Shown: positions 35,667-46,232, counted from the stretch's first letter. The stretch: DNA of 64,000 bases from an uncultured bacterium (GCA_964397565.1 CAYNJC010000017.1:15753-79752); one strand, 5' to 3'. Notes: generated from the letters alone by a model not told the origin. Numbers and translations: made by a program.

Positions 35667-36779
35667 TCAGCCGCAGGGTCGCGGGAGGCGCTGCGCCTTG
35701 CGGGCGGTCACGCAATAGAGTCCTTCGCCGGCGTGCGCCGACCGGAAACACAGATTGCACGAGATACACGCCGCCGGCGCACGATCACCCGCCTGCCAGC
35801 GGTTGGCCAAGTCCGGCTCGCGAATCAGCGGCCGGCTCAACGCCACAAAATCCGTCACACCGGTCGCCACCAATTCCTCGGCGATGGCAACGTCGCGAAT
35901 GCCGCCGACCAGCAGGAGCGGCACGCGCACGTGCTGCCGGCATAGCACGGCGGCTTCGCGATAATACACGGACTGGAGTTTGCCGCGGCGGACGGGTGAG
36001 TTGTTCCCCGAGTAGCGCGTTCCGCCGCTGAGCTCGATGGCGGAAATGCCCGCCTGCTCGAGCAGCCGGGCGAGCATGCACATGTCCGCGCGGGTCAATC
36101 CCTCCTCCACAAAATCTTCTGAATTAATCTTGACCAACACGAGATAGTCATGGCCAACCGCGGCGCGCACGGCCGTGACGGTCTCGACGACGATCCGGGC
36201 CCGCTGGTCAAGCGTCCCGCCGTAGTCATCGCTGCGCTTGTTGAAATAGCCGGACAGGAACTGGCTCAGCAGATAGCCGTGCGCGGCATGAATCTGCACC
36301 CCGTCGAACCCGGCGCGTTGGGCGCGCCCGGCGGCGGCGGCAAACGCGCGGACCACAGCCAGGATTTCGTCAACGGTCATGCCGCGCGCGTCATCACCAT
36401 TGCCGTTTTTCATTGGGGAGGGACCGCGCGGTGGCAGGCCGGTCAGTTGCGGCAACGCCTCGCTGCCGGCGTGCGCCAGTTGCAGAACGACTCGGCCGCC
36501 GGCCGCATGCACAGCGTTGGCCATGGCGGTCAACCCGGGCAGCATGGCGTCCGTATGCACGCCTAGTTTGCCGGGACTGGCCTGGCCTTCGGGACTGACG
36601 AACGCATGGCCGGAAATGATCAAGCCCACGCCACCGCGCGCCAGGGCCGTCATCATGTCCATCAGCGCCGGCGTGACTGTGCCATCCGGCGCGGCCATAC
36701 CTTCCCAAGTAGCCGAGCGCACCAGGCGATTAGGCAGCGGCAGCGAACCGATGGTTGTCTTTTCAAAAAGAGCGGGCAT
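35667..36779 (-). CDS. NADH:flavin oxidoreductase (Old Yellow Enzyme family) with C-terminal Cys cluster
   Basis: LFEKTTIGSLPLPNRLVRSATWEGMA, HAAHGYLLSQFLS, GGIRD. C-terminal CISCNLCFRSAHAGEGLYC resembles the Fe-S motif of dienoyl-CoA-reductase-type OYEs. ATG at 36779 with a purine-rich RBS. Confidence 0.8.
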   Translation of the reverse strand: MPALFEKTTIGSLPLPNRLVRSATWEGMAAPDGTVTPALMDMMTALARGGVGLIISGHAFVSPEGQASPGKLGVHTDAMLPGLTAMANAVHAAGGRVVLQLAHAGSEALPQLTGLPPRGPSPMKNGNGDDARGMTVDEILAVVRAFAAAAGRAQRAGFDGVQIHAAHGYLLSQFLSGYFNKRSDDYGGTLDQRARIVVETVTAVRAAVGHDYLVLVKINSEDFVEEGLTRADMCMLARLLEQAGISAIELSGGTRYSGNNSPVRRGKLQSVYYREAAVLCRQHVRVPLLLVGGIRDVAIAEELVATGVTDFVALSRPLIREPDLANRWQAGDRAPAACISCNLCFRSAHAGEGLYCVTARKAQRLPRPCG

Positions 36780-36824
36780 AATTCTTTTTCCTACGGTCTT
36801 AACTTGAAACTTGGCGCCAGGCAC

Positions 36825-38450
36825 CTACAAGCGCAGATCTTTGAGCCATTCCTTGATGATGTCAACGGACGGGACTTTGCCGACCGATTTCACGGCCGAC
36901 TGCACCGTGATCACCGCCGGCGTCGCGTCCACCTCATAGCGCGCGATTTCCTCCGGCGCTTGCACCCATTCGACCGGCACATTAATGCCCAATTCTTTGA
37001 TTGCCTGCGCAATATTGCCCTTGATCTCGTCGCAGACGGCGCCGTCGCCGCCCAGCACGAGCACTTTGCAGGTGTACTGCTTGAAGTAGCGGCGCACTTT
37101 GCGGTTGAGCCGCTCCTGGATCGCGCGCACCAATTCATCGCGGCTGGGAATCCGGCTGACAAAGACAATTTCGCCGTCAATGCAAATCGTCGGCACGTTG
37201 CGCACCATCATGGCGGCCATGAATTCGACCGACTCGGGTATTTTGATTTTGTGCTCACGCCAGATGATCAGATCCTCGAACAGCGGCGCCACATTTTTGA
37301 CGGCCTCGACCATGTACTGGCACGGCGCGCAGGCCTCCGAATCGAGCGTGATGACGTCCACGACCACCTTATCCAGTGTGCCGTAGTCGCTCATATCGAG
37401 GTCGCTGTGGGCTTCGATGTGCGACTGCAACAGGGTGCGCGCGATGTCCTGCTGATACGTATCGCGCACGAGCTGGCCGATCACCTCGAGATTCGCCGGC
37501 GGGGTTGCATACGGAATGTCGCAGCCGGGTGCCAGCACATACCCCTGTCCACCACCGGCACTCATGCATTCGATCGCATTGCGCAGGCAGTCCTCTTTCT
37601 TGCCGAACAACAGTACGACCGTCAGTTGCAGATTGCCGCCACAGGAAATGCCGTGGCGGGCGCACGCATCGCGCACAAAGCTGAGCTGGATGTTTTCATC
37701 AATCGAGATGTTGTCCGGTTTGGTGCGGCACATCTCCTCAATGTTGGCCTGGGCGTGGCCGCAGACAAAGAACGACGAGAGCTTGCCGTGGGCGCGAATG
37801 GCGTTGAAGATCGGTGTGACAAACGGCGTGACGAACTCGTGGAAATGTTCCGGGCCGATCTGGCTGGTCATCGGGTCCACCATCGCGATGACATCGCAGC
37901 CGGCATCCATATAATAGCCCGCCACAGCCAACGCAACCTCGCGGCAGAAGCCCAGCACCTCGCGCATTTTTTGCGGATCATCATACATCAGCATGAAGAC
38001 ATGTGGCCCGAGCAGGTGCAGCGCGAGCGTGAACGGGCCGGTGATCAGGCCATACAAGGCGGTCGCCGGCTGTTGCGCGGCCAGCCGGCGCGCGGCTTCC
38101 AGCACGATCGGCAGCCGGCCTTCGTCGGCGCGCGGCACATGCAGGTCGGCCAGTGCACGGCTGAGCAATGGATGGGACGCGACGGCGGGCGGGTTTTCGT
38201 CGGCCCAGACCAGATCGCAGCCGAGAATTTCGGCTTCGATCTGCAAATCGAACGTGACCGGAATGCCGTCCGCGTGATAGCGCTGGATGGCCGCAACGGC
38301 GCCGCGCACGATCAGATCCGCAGACAGAAAATAGTCGCGCGCGCTGACGTTCAGCAACGCCGCGCCATGACAACCAACAAACGGCACCCACGGCACGCGC
38401 GCCGTCGGCTGATTGCGCAGGGCCGCCAAGACGAGCTCCTTGCCATTCAT
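36825..38450 (-). CDS. Uroporphyrinogen decarboxylase (URO-D)/MtaA-like family protein fused to two thioredoxin-fold modules
   Basis: The N-terminal ~340 aa (LVLAALRNQPTARVPWVPFVG...) are URO-D/methylcobamide methyltransferase-like. Next comes VITLDSEACAPCQYMVEAV (CxxC thioredoxin-like). A second small Trx-like module follows (KVLVLGGDGAVCDE...VDATPAVI) lacking the CxxC. Confidence 0.6.
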   Translation of the reverse strand: MNGKELVLAALRNQPTARVPWVPFVGCHGAALLNVSARDYFLSADLIVRGAVAAIQRYHADGIPVTFDLQIEAEILGCDLVWADENPPAVASHPLLSRALADLHVPRADEGRLPIVLEAARRLAAQQPATALYGLITGPFTLALHLLGPHVFMLMYDDPQKMREVLGFCREVALAVAGYYMDAGCDVIAMVDPMTSQIGPEHFHEFVTPFVTPIFNAIRAHGKLSSFFVCGHAQANIEEMCRTKPDNISIDENIQLSFVRDACARHGISCGGNLQLTVVLLFGKKEDCLRNAIECMSAGGGQGYVLAPGCDIPYATPPANLEVIGQLVRDTYQQDIARTLLQSHIEAHSDLDMSDYGTLDKVVVDVITLDSEACAPCQYMVEAVKNVAPLFEDLIIWREHKIKIPESVEFMAAMMVRNVPTICIDGEIVFVSRIPSRDELVRAIQERLNRKVRRYFKQYTCKVLVLGGDGAVCDEIKGNIAQAIKELGINVPVEWVQAPEEIARYEVDATPAVITVQSAVKSVGKVPSVDIIKEWLKDLRL

Positions 38451-38928
38451 GCAAAACTCCTGGTAAGATTACTCTATCTATTGAACACAATTTCGCCATA
38501 ATTCGCAACCGCACACAAACAAGGGCGGTGTGGGTGGGTGTCGCTGACGCTGCGATAGCAGTCGCGCCAACGGCGCGGATGGATGGCGGAACCAGCCGGC
38601 TCGTCCCGCAGACCGCGCAGATGCTCGGTGCTGCCGCCGGGCTGCTGCTGCAAGTTCGTCATGCATCATTTCTTGCTGCTTGGAGTGCCGCTAAAAGCGG
38701 TATTCGCTATTCGTCATTCATCCCCCCCGCCCCGACAGGGCGGGAATGCAGGGAATGCGCCGTTACCCAGGGCGTTGCCCTGGGCTGGTATGCCCTGCCC
38801 CCTTGGGGCACCACTGCACTCCGCAATCACCCAGCCACATCGCACCCAAAATACCACTCACTATCGATATCTATCGGCCTTGCAGCACCTGCATTTCACG
38901 AATCGCCGGATCTGGGGGTGCATTTTCA

Positions 38929-38958
38929 TTGACGTCCACAGGTGCTTTTTGCTATACT
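38929..38958 (+). promoter_or_regulatory. Putative promoter TTGACG-18-TGcTATACT upstream of the C25 peptidase gene
   Basis: TTGACG at 38929-38934, TATACT at 38953-38958 preceded by TG. The ~100-nt leader contains a hairpin (39001-39012 pairs with 39026-39036). Confidence 0.45.
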
Positions 38959-39059
38959 TATATAATTGTTTGCATGGTTTTTCATGTGCTCTTTCACGAT
39001 GCAGTCGCATCGCCAGTTTGCCGCGCGATGGACTGCGATAGTACAACAACCGGACTACT

Positions 39060-41777
39060 ATGAAGTTGATTGCATGGGCGCTGGTCGGCCTGGGATTGAG
39101 CGTGAGTGCGCCGGCGGCCACACTGACACACACCTTCTCATTCGCGCGTGCGGCCCTCAGTCTGACCCCGCAGGCCGACGGCACCGCCGTGATTCTGGCC
39201 GCAGAAGCACGGCCGTGCGACACGCCTGGCGCGCCATGGTTGCCAGCGGCGTATCGCACGCTGTTGCTGCCGGCCGGCGCGCGCGTGACCGCCGTGCATT
39301 GCGTCAGTGATGAAGCGCTGCTACAGACCGGCATCACGGTCGCACCCGCCCAGCCGCCGCAGCGCCGCAATGCGCCCAAGGCCGCCGTGACACCGGCACG
39401 CGCCGAGGCCTATGCGCGCGATACGCTGATGCCGCAACAGCAGGCGCAGTATCTTGAGACACAAACCATGCGCGGCTATACGCTGGTGGCGTTGCGCCTG
39501 AATCCGGTGCGCTACAACGCGGCGCAACGCGTGTTACATTTCGCGTCCGAGCTACGGGTGACGATCGAGTATGAGGTGACCACGCCAGCCGCGATGTCGG
39601 CGCGCAATCTGGAGGTCTTCGGCGCCATGGCGCGCGGCATGGCGGCCAATCCGCAGTTGGCCGAGGCACGTCCCCAGACGATGCGCCTAGCTCCGCGCAA
39701 TGCCGTGGATTATCTGATCATTACCTCACAGGCGCTTTCGAATGCCTTTGCCGCCCTGGCTGCGCAGCGCGCCGGGCGCGGCCTGTCTACCGCAATCATG
39801 ACTGTCGAGGCCATCACCGCCGCCTATCCTGGTATGGATACCCAGCAGAAAATCCGCAACTGCATCACCAATTTTGTCTATGGCAAGGGCACCCTCTTTG
39901 TCGTGCTCGGCGGCGATGACACCGTCGTGCCGGATCGCGACTGTTATGTCACCGGTCCTGAACTTGAATCTCAAATGCCGACCGATTTATACTATTCCGG
40001 TTTGGACGGCACCTGGAACGCCGACGGTGATAGCAACTACGGCGAGACCAACGACGGCGTGGACATGGCTCCGGATGTGCTTGTCGGGCGGATACCCGTG
40101 CGCACCGCGCAGCAGGCCACGGATTACATTAACAAAGTGATTGCATTTGAGAACAATCGCCCGACCGCACTGCTCGACAAAATGTTGCTGATCGGCACGG
40201 AGACGTGGGATACCTACACCGGCACCGGTCGGCCGACCGATCTGCTGAACGACGGCCACGCTGAATTTCGCGCGGCCAACCACCCCAGTGTCAGCGATGC
40301 GGAGATCTGGGCGCGGCGCCTGTATCGCGACGGTATCACCCAGTACTGGCGCGCGGCCACGCTGTCGTGCTTTTTCGACACGCTGACCTCGTGGGACACG
40401 ACCACCGCCGGGGATTACGCGCAGACGGCCGCGAATGTGCAATCAAAAATGAATCTGGGCTGGGGCCAGGTCTTTTTCTCCGACCACGGCTATGAATCCG
40501 GCTGGGGCCTCGAAAGCGGCGATTACACGACCACGGAAGCCAGCACGCTCAACAATCGTGTCGTGCTGGTCTACACCGATGCCTGCCTGACCGGCCACTT
40601 TGATGGCAGCCCCGAGCCATGTTTCAGCGAGGGTTTCTTGCGCAACGCCAACAACGGCACGCTGAGCTATATTGGCTGCAGCCGCTATGGTTGGGGCGAG
40701 CCCGGCAGTTGGGATGGCGGGGCATCCACGGTCTATGCCTACAAATTCTATCAGCGCCTGTTGCAGCCGCGCAGCGTTACCATCGGCCAAGCGTTTGCAC
40801 AGCACAAAGCCGACATGGCGCCGCAATGCACCGTTGAAGGCGCCGAGCGCTGGATTCAATTCGGCCTCAATTTGCAGGGTGATCCGGCGATCCAGTGGGG
40901 CCTTGTTGAAAGCAACAAGCCGCCGGTCTTGGCGCATATCGGCAACAAGGCTGTGTTGGCCGGCTCACTGCTCCAATTTCCCGTCAGCGCCCAAGACACT
41001 GTTGATGGCGACACCATCACGCTACAGGCCGCACCCCTGCCGGCCTGGGCTGCCTTTGCCGTGGTCAGTAACAAAGGCACCGTCAGCAGTGAGTTCAGCG
41101 GTGTGCCACCACAGCCCGGCATGTATGATCTGGTCTTCATCGCCCAGGATAAGGACGGCGCAACCAGCGAGACCGTGCGGGTTGTGGCCGGTGCAACGGG
41201 GTTGGCGTCTGCGCTCTTGATTTCTCAATATGGCGAAGGCAGCAGCGGCAACAAATTCATCGAGCTCTACAACGGCACCAGCAATGCCATTGACCTCAGC
41301 GGCTATGTTGTGAAGCAGCAGATGAACGGTGCCGGTGCGTTCGCCAATGATTTGACCTTGAGCGGGGTTTTGACCGCCAGCCACACCTATGTGATTGTCT
41401 GCAATCAGGCCAGCGACAGCTTGCGCGCCAAGGGCGACTTGGTCACCGGCAGCTTGTGTCTGCAATTCACCGGCAACGACGCCATCGGCGTGTTCACCAC
41501 CGGCGCCACGTTGCTTGACGTGGTCGGCGAGCAGAACAGCAGCGCCAACTGGGGGCGCGACCTGACACTGTGCCGCCGGCCGGAAGTGCACCAGCCCGCG
41601 CCGGTATATGCCGCCGTAGAATGGGACGTTTTGCCCAGCGATGATTGGGATGATGTCGGCCAGCACATGCTTGTTCCGGAGCCAGGTCTGCTTGTGGGCG
41701 GCCTGCTGGGCGGCTGGCTGTGGTTGCGCCGGCGCGGGCCTTCTGCCGGTGGCCAGCGGTGTTTTGTGCAGCACTGA
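39060..41777 (+). CDS. Peptidase C25 (gingipain) family protein with lamin-tail-like domain and PEP-CTERM anchor
   Basis: Signal peptide. DYLIITSQAL...TLFVVLGGDDTVVP...DLYYSGLDGTWNADGD. Catalytic contexts FFSDHGYESGWG (His) and LVYTDACLTGHF (Cys). LISQYGEGSSGNKFIELYNGTSNAIDLSGYVV (LTD-like). C-terminus VPEPGLLVGGLLGGWLWLRRRG. Confidence 0.75.
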   Translation: MKLIAWALVGLGLSVSAPAATLTHTFSFARAALSLTPQADGTAVILAAEARPCDTPGAPWLPAAYRTLLLPAGARVTAVHCVSDEALLQTGITVAPAQPPQRRNAPKAAVTPARAEAYARDTLMPQQQAQYLETQTMRGYTLVALRLNPVRYNAAQRVLHFASELRVTIEYEVTTPAAMSARNLEVFGAMARGMAANPQLAEARPQTMRLAPRNAVDYLIITSQALSNAFAALAAQRAGRGLSTAIMTVEAITAAYPGMDTQQKIRNCITNFVYGKGTLFVVLGGDDTVVPDRDCYVTGPELESQMPTDLYYSGLDGTWNADGDSNYGETNDGVDMAPDVLVGRIPVRTAQQATDYINKVIAFENNRPTALLDKMLLIGTETWDTYTGTGRPTDLLNDGHAEFRAANHPSVSDAEIWARRLYRDGITQYWRAATLSCFFDTLTSWDTTTAGDYAQTAANVQSKMNLGWGQVFFSDHGYESGWGLESGDYTTTEASTLNNRVVLVYTDACLTGHFDGSPEPCFSEGFLRNANNGTLSYIGCSRYGWGEPGSWDGGASTVYAYKFYQRLLQPRSVTIGQAFAQHKADMAPQCTVEGAERWIQFGLNLQGDPAIQWGLVESNKPPVLAHIGNKAVLAGSLLQFPVSAQDTVDGDTITLQAAPLPAWAAFAVVSNKGTVSSEFSGVPPQPGMYDLVFIAQDKDGATSETVRVVAGATGLASALLISQYGEGSSGNKFIELYNGTSNAIDLSGYVVKQQMNGAGAFANDLTLSGVLTASHTYVIVCNQASDSLRAKGDLVTGSLCLQFTGNDAIGVFTTGATLLDVVGEQNSSANWGRDLTLCRRPEVHQPAPVYAAVEWDVLPSDDWDDVGQHMLVPEPGLLVGGLLGGWLWLRRRGPSAGGQRCFVQH

Positions 41778-41814
41778 TGCAGCAACAACCAACTCCGTGA
41801 TTCTGCCCTTATCC

Positions 41815-41843
41815 TTGCTTTTTTTATGTGATTTTCGTACAGT
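41815..41843 (+). promoter_or_regulatory. Putative promoter TTGCTT-17-TACAGT of giant paralogue 1
   Basis: Same -35 hexamer and spacing as the promoter-like site at 46204-46232 upstream of paralogue 2. Confidence 0.35.
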
Positions 41844-41941
41844 AGACCGATGTACCGTTCGTGTTTGGCACGTGTTCGGCGGTCATAGTTCGGTAACTTC
41901 TGGGTTGATGGATCGTTAACCATTTGATGTGGAGCCGCAAC

Positions 41942-44900
41942 ATGAAGTGCGGTCTTTTTATTTTCGTTGTGCTTAGCACTTTCTGCGTCAGTTGTGCAGC
42001 TAGTGCGGTCGTCATTTGCGGCGAAGGCTTCAACCAGGCCACGCTTCCCGCGGGCTGGTCGCTTTCAAATGCGACGCAGTATTCATCGGCGGTCACGGCC
42101 AATGCAAAAACGTCTCCGCCGAGCATTGACCGCTTTCCTTATCTGCAAGATTTCAATGATACAAGCGCATGGCCACCGACAAGCGCACAGCCACCAAGCG
42201 GGTGGAGCATCATTGACAACCTGAACATGAATAGACCGTGGACTCTGAACACAAGGTGGGAAGCCCCGAATTATGCCGGTGGCAACGGTGCCTGCGCTCT
42301 TGCTTCCTCGGTGTCGATTGCCAACGCCATGGACACCGAATTGCGCGTCACGTTTGATTTTTCGGGTTTGACCAAACCGTTACTAAAATTCATCACCGCC
42401 TACGCTGATCACAGCATTAACGACAGCGCCCGCACCCAAGTCAGCACCAATGGCGGCACAACGTGGGTACCATTGGCCAACTGGACCACCGATATCAGCC
42501 CGGATGGTCCAGGCAGCAACATTGTCTTCGATTTGCAGGCGTGTGCCGGCCAGCCCAATGTCATCCTGCGCTTCTGGTATGTAAGCGACTATGATTATTT
42601 TTGGGAAGTGGACAATGTCTATGTTTTCGACAATGTGCCGAATGTATTTTTCCAGCCCGACAAACAGAGCGGCATTGGTTGTATTGGCGTGACAGTTCCC
42701 TATCGTCTGTCCGTCGAAAATTCAACGGGCAGCGACCGTGGTTTCAACTTTCAGTATGACAGTAGCTGGCCGGTCAACGGCCCGAGCTCGTCCGGCGTGC
42801 TGGGCAACGGCGTTATCACCAACATCACTGTCGGCGTGACGGTGCCACTCACCGCGTATCAAGGGCAAGCCTGCACCACCACCGTGCGCGCCATTTCAAC
42901 GGATGGCAACTATACTAATATCGCCCAACTGATTACTGCGTGCACGTGGGTGAACAATATTCTCTACGAGCCCTTCAACAACGGACTGAACGGCTGGACG
43001 AATTATTATGGCGGACCACAGGTGGGGGGCTGGTATCTTTTATACTCCGGCGGCATCGCGCACGGCAAGTTCGATGGCGTAACCAACTGGCTGGTCTCAC
43101 CTGCCATTAATCTTACCGCGCTTGGTCTGGATACCCTTGACGTACAGTTCTGGTTTGGCTGCTATGTTAACATGATCAATGTCGAAAGTGTCTATCTCTC
43201 GACCGGCAGCCGGAATCCGGCCGACGGTGACTTTGTCAAGCTGGCGGACATCGAATCCAAGCCGGGCTACGCGTATTTGAACTATGCCAATCTTTTGGCA
43301 TATGCCGGCAGCAATCCGGTCTATTTTGGCATTGCATATCTCAGCTCGAATGATTGGCAAGCGATTCGCGACTTCCGGATTACTGGCGCGAAAATCGGCA
43401 TTAATAATGCCATGCTGTTGGGCCCGCCAACGCTGCCAACCATGACTAGTTACGGCAGCACGCCAGCTGTCACGGGCGGCATATATTACGCCGACGAAAC
43501 GGGGACCAATGGCCCGGCCCCATTCACGATCGCCCAGCTTGGTTTTGGCCCGACCGGCACCATGGATTTGGCCCTGTGGACTTGGTTTGACGCAGCCTAT
43601 AGCGGTCACGACGACATGTATGACTTGTTTACCTGTGCACCGCAATTGACCATCGCCGGTCCGCTTAACTATTGCTATCGCTTCCGGCGCGGCAGCGCCG
43701 CATGGGTGTATGCCGACTTGGACGGCAGCACCAACGGTTTCGCCTTTGACAAGGTCGGTGTGATCACGGTCAATATGTTGCCGCCACGGGGCGCACTGCT
43801 GCGCAATCAGACCATTAGTGCCGATTGGGCCTTTGCGCCTAGCTCCTTTGCGAATCCGAGCAATGTGCCGCCGATCTATTGGGAAACTGCCGATGATATC
43901 AGTTTGCCCTACGATGCCCACATCAAGTCTGTGTGCATGGCCGGTGTCTACTGGAATGCGGGCCGGCAGGGACTGGAAGATGGTTTTTGGCTGCGCATTT
44001 ACAACAACGCCGTGACCAATCCGGGCACGCTGCTCTATCAACAATATGTGCCCGGCTATGCCTGTGAGCAACTGATCGGTGTGGACGCCTATGGTTACCA
44101 TGACTACAAATATCAGGTGGATCTCAATGCACCATTCCTAGCCAAAATTGGCAACACTTATTGGGTCTCGCTGCAACAGGAAACGCGCAACGGCACCTTC
44201 TGGTCGCTGCTCGACTCGCCCGATGCGATACGCGGTCTCGATGCTTGCTATCGTGGCACAAACGCTTGGTTGCGGGTGACGAAGCGTGATGGTAGTGGCG
44301 TGGATCTCGGCATGGAAGTCTACGGTGACGCAACCAATGCGGGTTTTGTCGTCGGCACGGTACGCACTACGGATACGCTGCTACCGATCGCCAATGCACA
44401 GGTGATGATTACCAATGATAGTTATATGTACAGCGTAGCAACTATTACCGACGGTACGTATGTTATCCAAGCGCCGGCTGACACGTATGACGTCACCGTC
44501 ACCAAGGGGAATTATCTGCCAGCAACGGCTGCGGGTGTGGTCGTCACCGCCGACCAGACCAACACACAGGACTTCTTACTTAAGGGTTCGCAGTTGTTCG
44601 TCAGCCCGACCAATATTACGCGCATGAGGATGGCCGGGCAGATGATAATGACCAATCAACTGGTGCTGACCAACAGCGGCCCGCTTACGGTGAATGTTAG
44701 TTTGGCGCTGGCGCAGTGGGGCTACACAAATGCCGTACTGACCACCTCTTTTGCTTGTGCACCGCGTTGCCCGATCCGGATCGGCGCGCCGTCACCGCAC
44801 ACGACGGCGGTGCCGGCGGTGCCAAGCAAGACCTGCTATGGTATCAACAATTACCAGACATCCAGCACGGTCAAACAGTTGTGGCAATTCACCACCACAA

Positions 44901-46078
44901 CGCCCAGCACACCCGTGGTAACAACAATAAATCCAAGTGGTTGGATCTGGGGCGGCGATTTCATTGGTGACGACTATTCGACGTTTTATGCCCTGACGGA
45001 CGACAATACGCTGATCACAATCAACGTAGTGAACGGTGCCACTGCCGTCGTCGGCGCGGCGACGCCGTCGGCTGGTGCACAATGGTCGGGGATGGCCGCC
45101 GCCGGTGACGGCACGGTCTATGCCAGCGCGAACACGTATCCCGGTGCCGAACTGTATGCCATCAATCCCGCAACCGGCACTGCCACTTTGATTGGCACCA
45201 TCACCAGCGCAAACAACATTGGCGGTTTGGCCATCAGCCCCGATGGTGTTCTGTATGGTGTAGATGTGGCAGCTAATACCCTTGTGCAGATCAACAAAAC
45301 CAGCGGAGCTGGCACGGTCATCGGCGCGCTCGGGATGGATGCGGTGTACGACTCGGCCATGGATTATGATGACGACGACAACATTCTCTATTTGGCCACA
45401 TGCGATGCCAACACTGCCAATCAAGATTGCGTCCTCGTCACGGTCAACCCGACGACGGGTGCCACCAATGGCTATCTCGGCCTGCTGGGCAATGGCTTGA
45501 CGGACATCACCGCGTTGGGTATTGTTTCTCGTGCGCCGCGCTGGGCGCGGATGACGACCAATGCGCTCTCGATTGCGGCGGGCGGGGTCGGGACCGTTGA
45601 CGTCATCTTCGATGTCTCGATCGTCTCGAATTCGGGAACGTACACGGCTGAAGTGGATATCAGTGGCACGCATGTCAATCCACTGGCGCCGGTGCCGCTC
45701 AAGCTGATCTTGGGCACCGACCCGGTCATCAGCGCGCCTACATCGCTCGACTTTGGCGATGTGCAGCTTGGCCAAACCAACAGCGCCAAGCTGATTGTCG
45801 GCAATATTGGTGCTGGCATGTTGACTGGTGAAATCTTTGGCGTGACTGCGCCGTTTGGCATCATCGGTACTGCCAACTACCACATCCCGGCTGGCGTTAC
45901 GGCAACGCAGACGTTGTTTTTCACGCCGCCAATGGAACTGGCCTATACCAATACGGCCGTGTTGACCGGCGGTGGCGGGGCAACCGTCACCCTGGTTGGC
46001 GGCGGCATCCCCGAACCCGTGTTCGCGCTTTGTCTGTTCGGTTTGGCGCTGTTGACGCGGCGCAGGTACTCCGCCTGA
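41942..46078 (+). CDS. Large secreted PEP-CTERM surface protein, paralogue 1 (jelly-roll 'choice-of-anchor J'-like modules, CarboxypepD_reg-like domain, beta-propeller-like region, Ig-like 'choice-of-anchor D'-like domain)
   Basis: Signal peptide MKCGLFIFVVLSTFCVSCAASA. EGFNQATLPAGWSLSN. GTVRTTDTLLPIANAQVMITN...DGTYVIQAPADTYDVTVTKGNYL. LDFGDVQLGQTNSAKLIVGNIG. C-terminus GIPEPVFALCLFGLALLTRRR. Confidence 0.7.
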   Translation: MKCGLFIFVVLSTFCVSCAASAVVICGEGFNQATLPAGWSLSNATQYSSAVTANAKTSPPSIDRFPYLQDFNDTSAWPPTSAQPPSGWSIIDNLNMNRPWTLNTRWEAPNYAGGNGACALASSVSIANAMDTELRVTFDFSGLTKPLLKFITAYADHSINDSARTQVSTNGGTTWVPLANWTTDISPDGPGSNIVFDLQACAGQPNVILRFWYVSDYDYFWEVDNVYVFDNVPNVFFQPDKQSGIGCIGVTVPYRLSVENSTGSDRGFNFQYDSSWPVNGPSSSGVLGNGVITNITVGVTVPLTAYQGQACTTTVRAISTDGNYTNIAQLITACTWVNNILYEPFNNGLNGWTNYYGGPQVGGWYLLYSGGIAHGKFDGVTNWLVSPAINLTALGLDTLDVQFWFGCYVNMINVESVYLSTGSRNPADGDFVKLADIESKPGYAYLNYANLLAYAGSNPVYFGIAYLSSNDWQAIRDFRITGAKIGINNAMLLGPPTLPTMTSYGSTPAVTGGIYYADETGTNGPAPFTIAQLGFGPTGTMDLALWTWFDAAYSGHDDMYDLFTCAPQLTIAGPLNYCYRFRRGSAAWVYADLDGSTNGFAFDKVGVITVNMLPPRGALLRNQTISADWAFAPSSFANPSNVPPIYWETADDISLPYDAHIKSVCMAGVYWNAGRQGLEDGFWLRIYNNAVTNPGTLLYQQYVPGYACEQLIGVDAYGYHDYKYQVDLNAPFLAKIGNTYWVSLQQETRNGTFWSLLDSPDAIRGLDACYRGTNAWLRVTKRDGSGVDLGMEVYGDATNAGFVVGTVRTTDTLLPIANAQVMITNDSYMYSVATITDGTYVIQAPADTYDVTVTKGNYLPATAAGVVVTADQTNTQDFLLKGSQLFVSPTNITRMRMAGQMIMTNQLVLTNSGPLTVNVSLALAQWGYTNAVLTTSFACAPRCPIRIGAPSPHTTAVPAVPSKTCYGINNYQTSSTVKQLWQFTTTTPSTPVVTTINPSGWIWGGDFIGDDYSTFYALTDDNTLITINVVNGATAVVGAATPSAGAQWSGMAAAGDGTVYASANTYPGAELYAINPATGTATLIGTITSANNIGGLAISPDGVLYGVDVAANTLVQINKTSGAGTVIGALGMDAVYDSAMDYDDDDNILYLATCDANTANQDCVLVTVNPTTGATNGYLGLLGNGLTDITALGIVSRAPRWARMTTNALSIAAGGVGTVDVIFDVSIVSNSGTYTAEVDISGTHVNPLAPVPLKLILGTDPVISAPTSLDFGDVQLGQTNSAKLIVGNIGAGMLTGEIFGVTAPFGIIGTANYHIPAGVTATQTLFFTPPMELAYTNTAVLTGGGGATVTLVGGGIPEPVFALCLFGLALLTRRRYSA

Positions 46079-46203
46079 TCTGTCTTCTCGGCGCGGCGAT
46101 GTTGGTGAGGGACCTCACGCTCACCGGCGTCGCCGCAAGCCAACTTGCGGATGCACGCGCACGTCTGCTGGGCGCGCGGTGCTGGATTTGGGATTGTTCT
46201 TCT

Positions 46204-46232
46204 TTGCTTTTTTCCCCGACATTTGCTATACT
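46204..46232 (+). promoter_or_regulatory. Putative promoter TTGCTT-17-TATACT of giant paralogue 2
   Basis: TTGCTT at 46204-46209, TATACT at 46227-46232 with TG upstream. Followed by a ~98-nt leader whose last 63 nt are conserved with paralogue 1. Confidence 0.4.

Noticed and set aside
38766-38784. The perfect palindrome cccagggcgttgccctggg and surrounding GC-rich sequence in the URO-D/C25 divergent region, as a terminator or repeat-family member.
   Set aside because: It occurs as a single copy in this window and has no T-tract, so it is not an intrinsic terminator. It cannot be classified without genome-wide copy information.
41924-41941. Track-proposed N-terminal extensions of the giant genes (TTG at 41924 and TTG at 46312).
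   Set aside because: Both extensions begin at TTG inside the conserved leader. The downstream ATGs (41942 and 46330) are preceded by GGAG and immediately encode canonical signal peptides (MK-hydrophobic-A.A).
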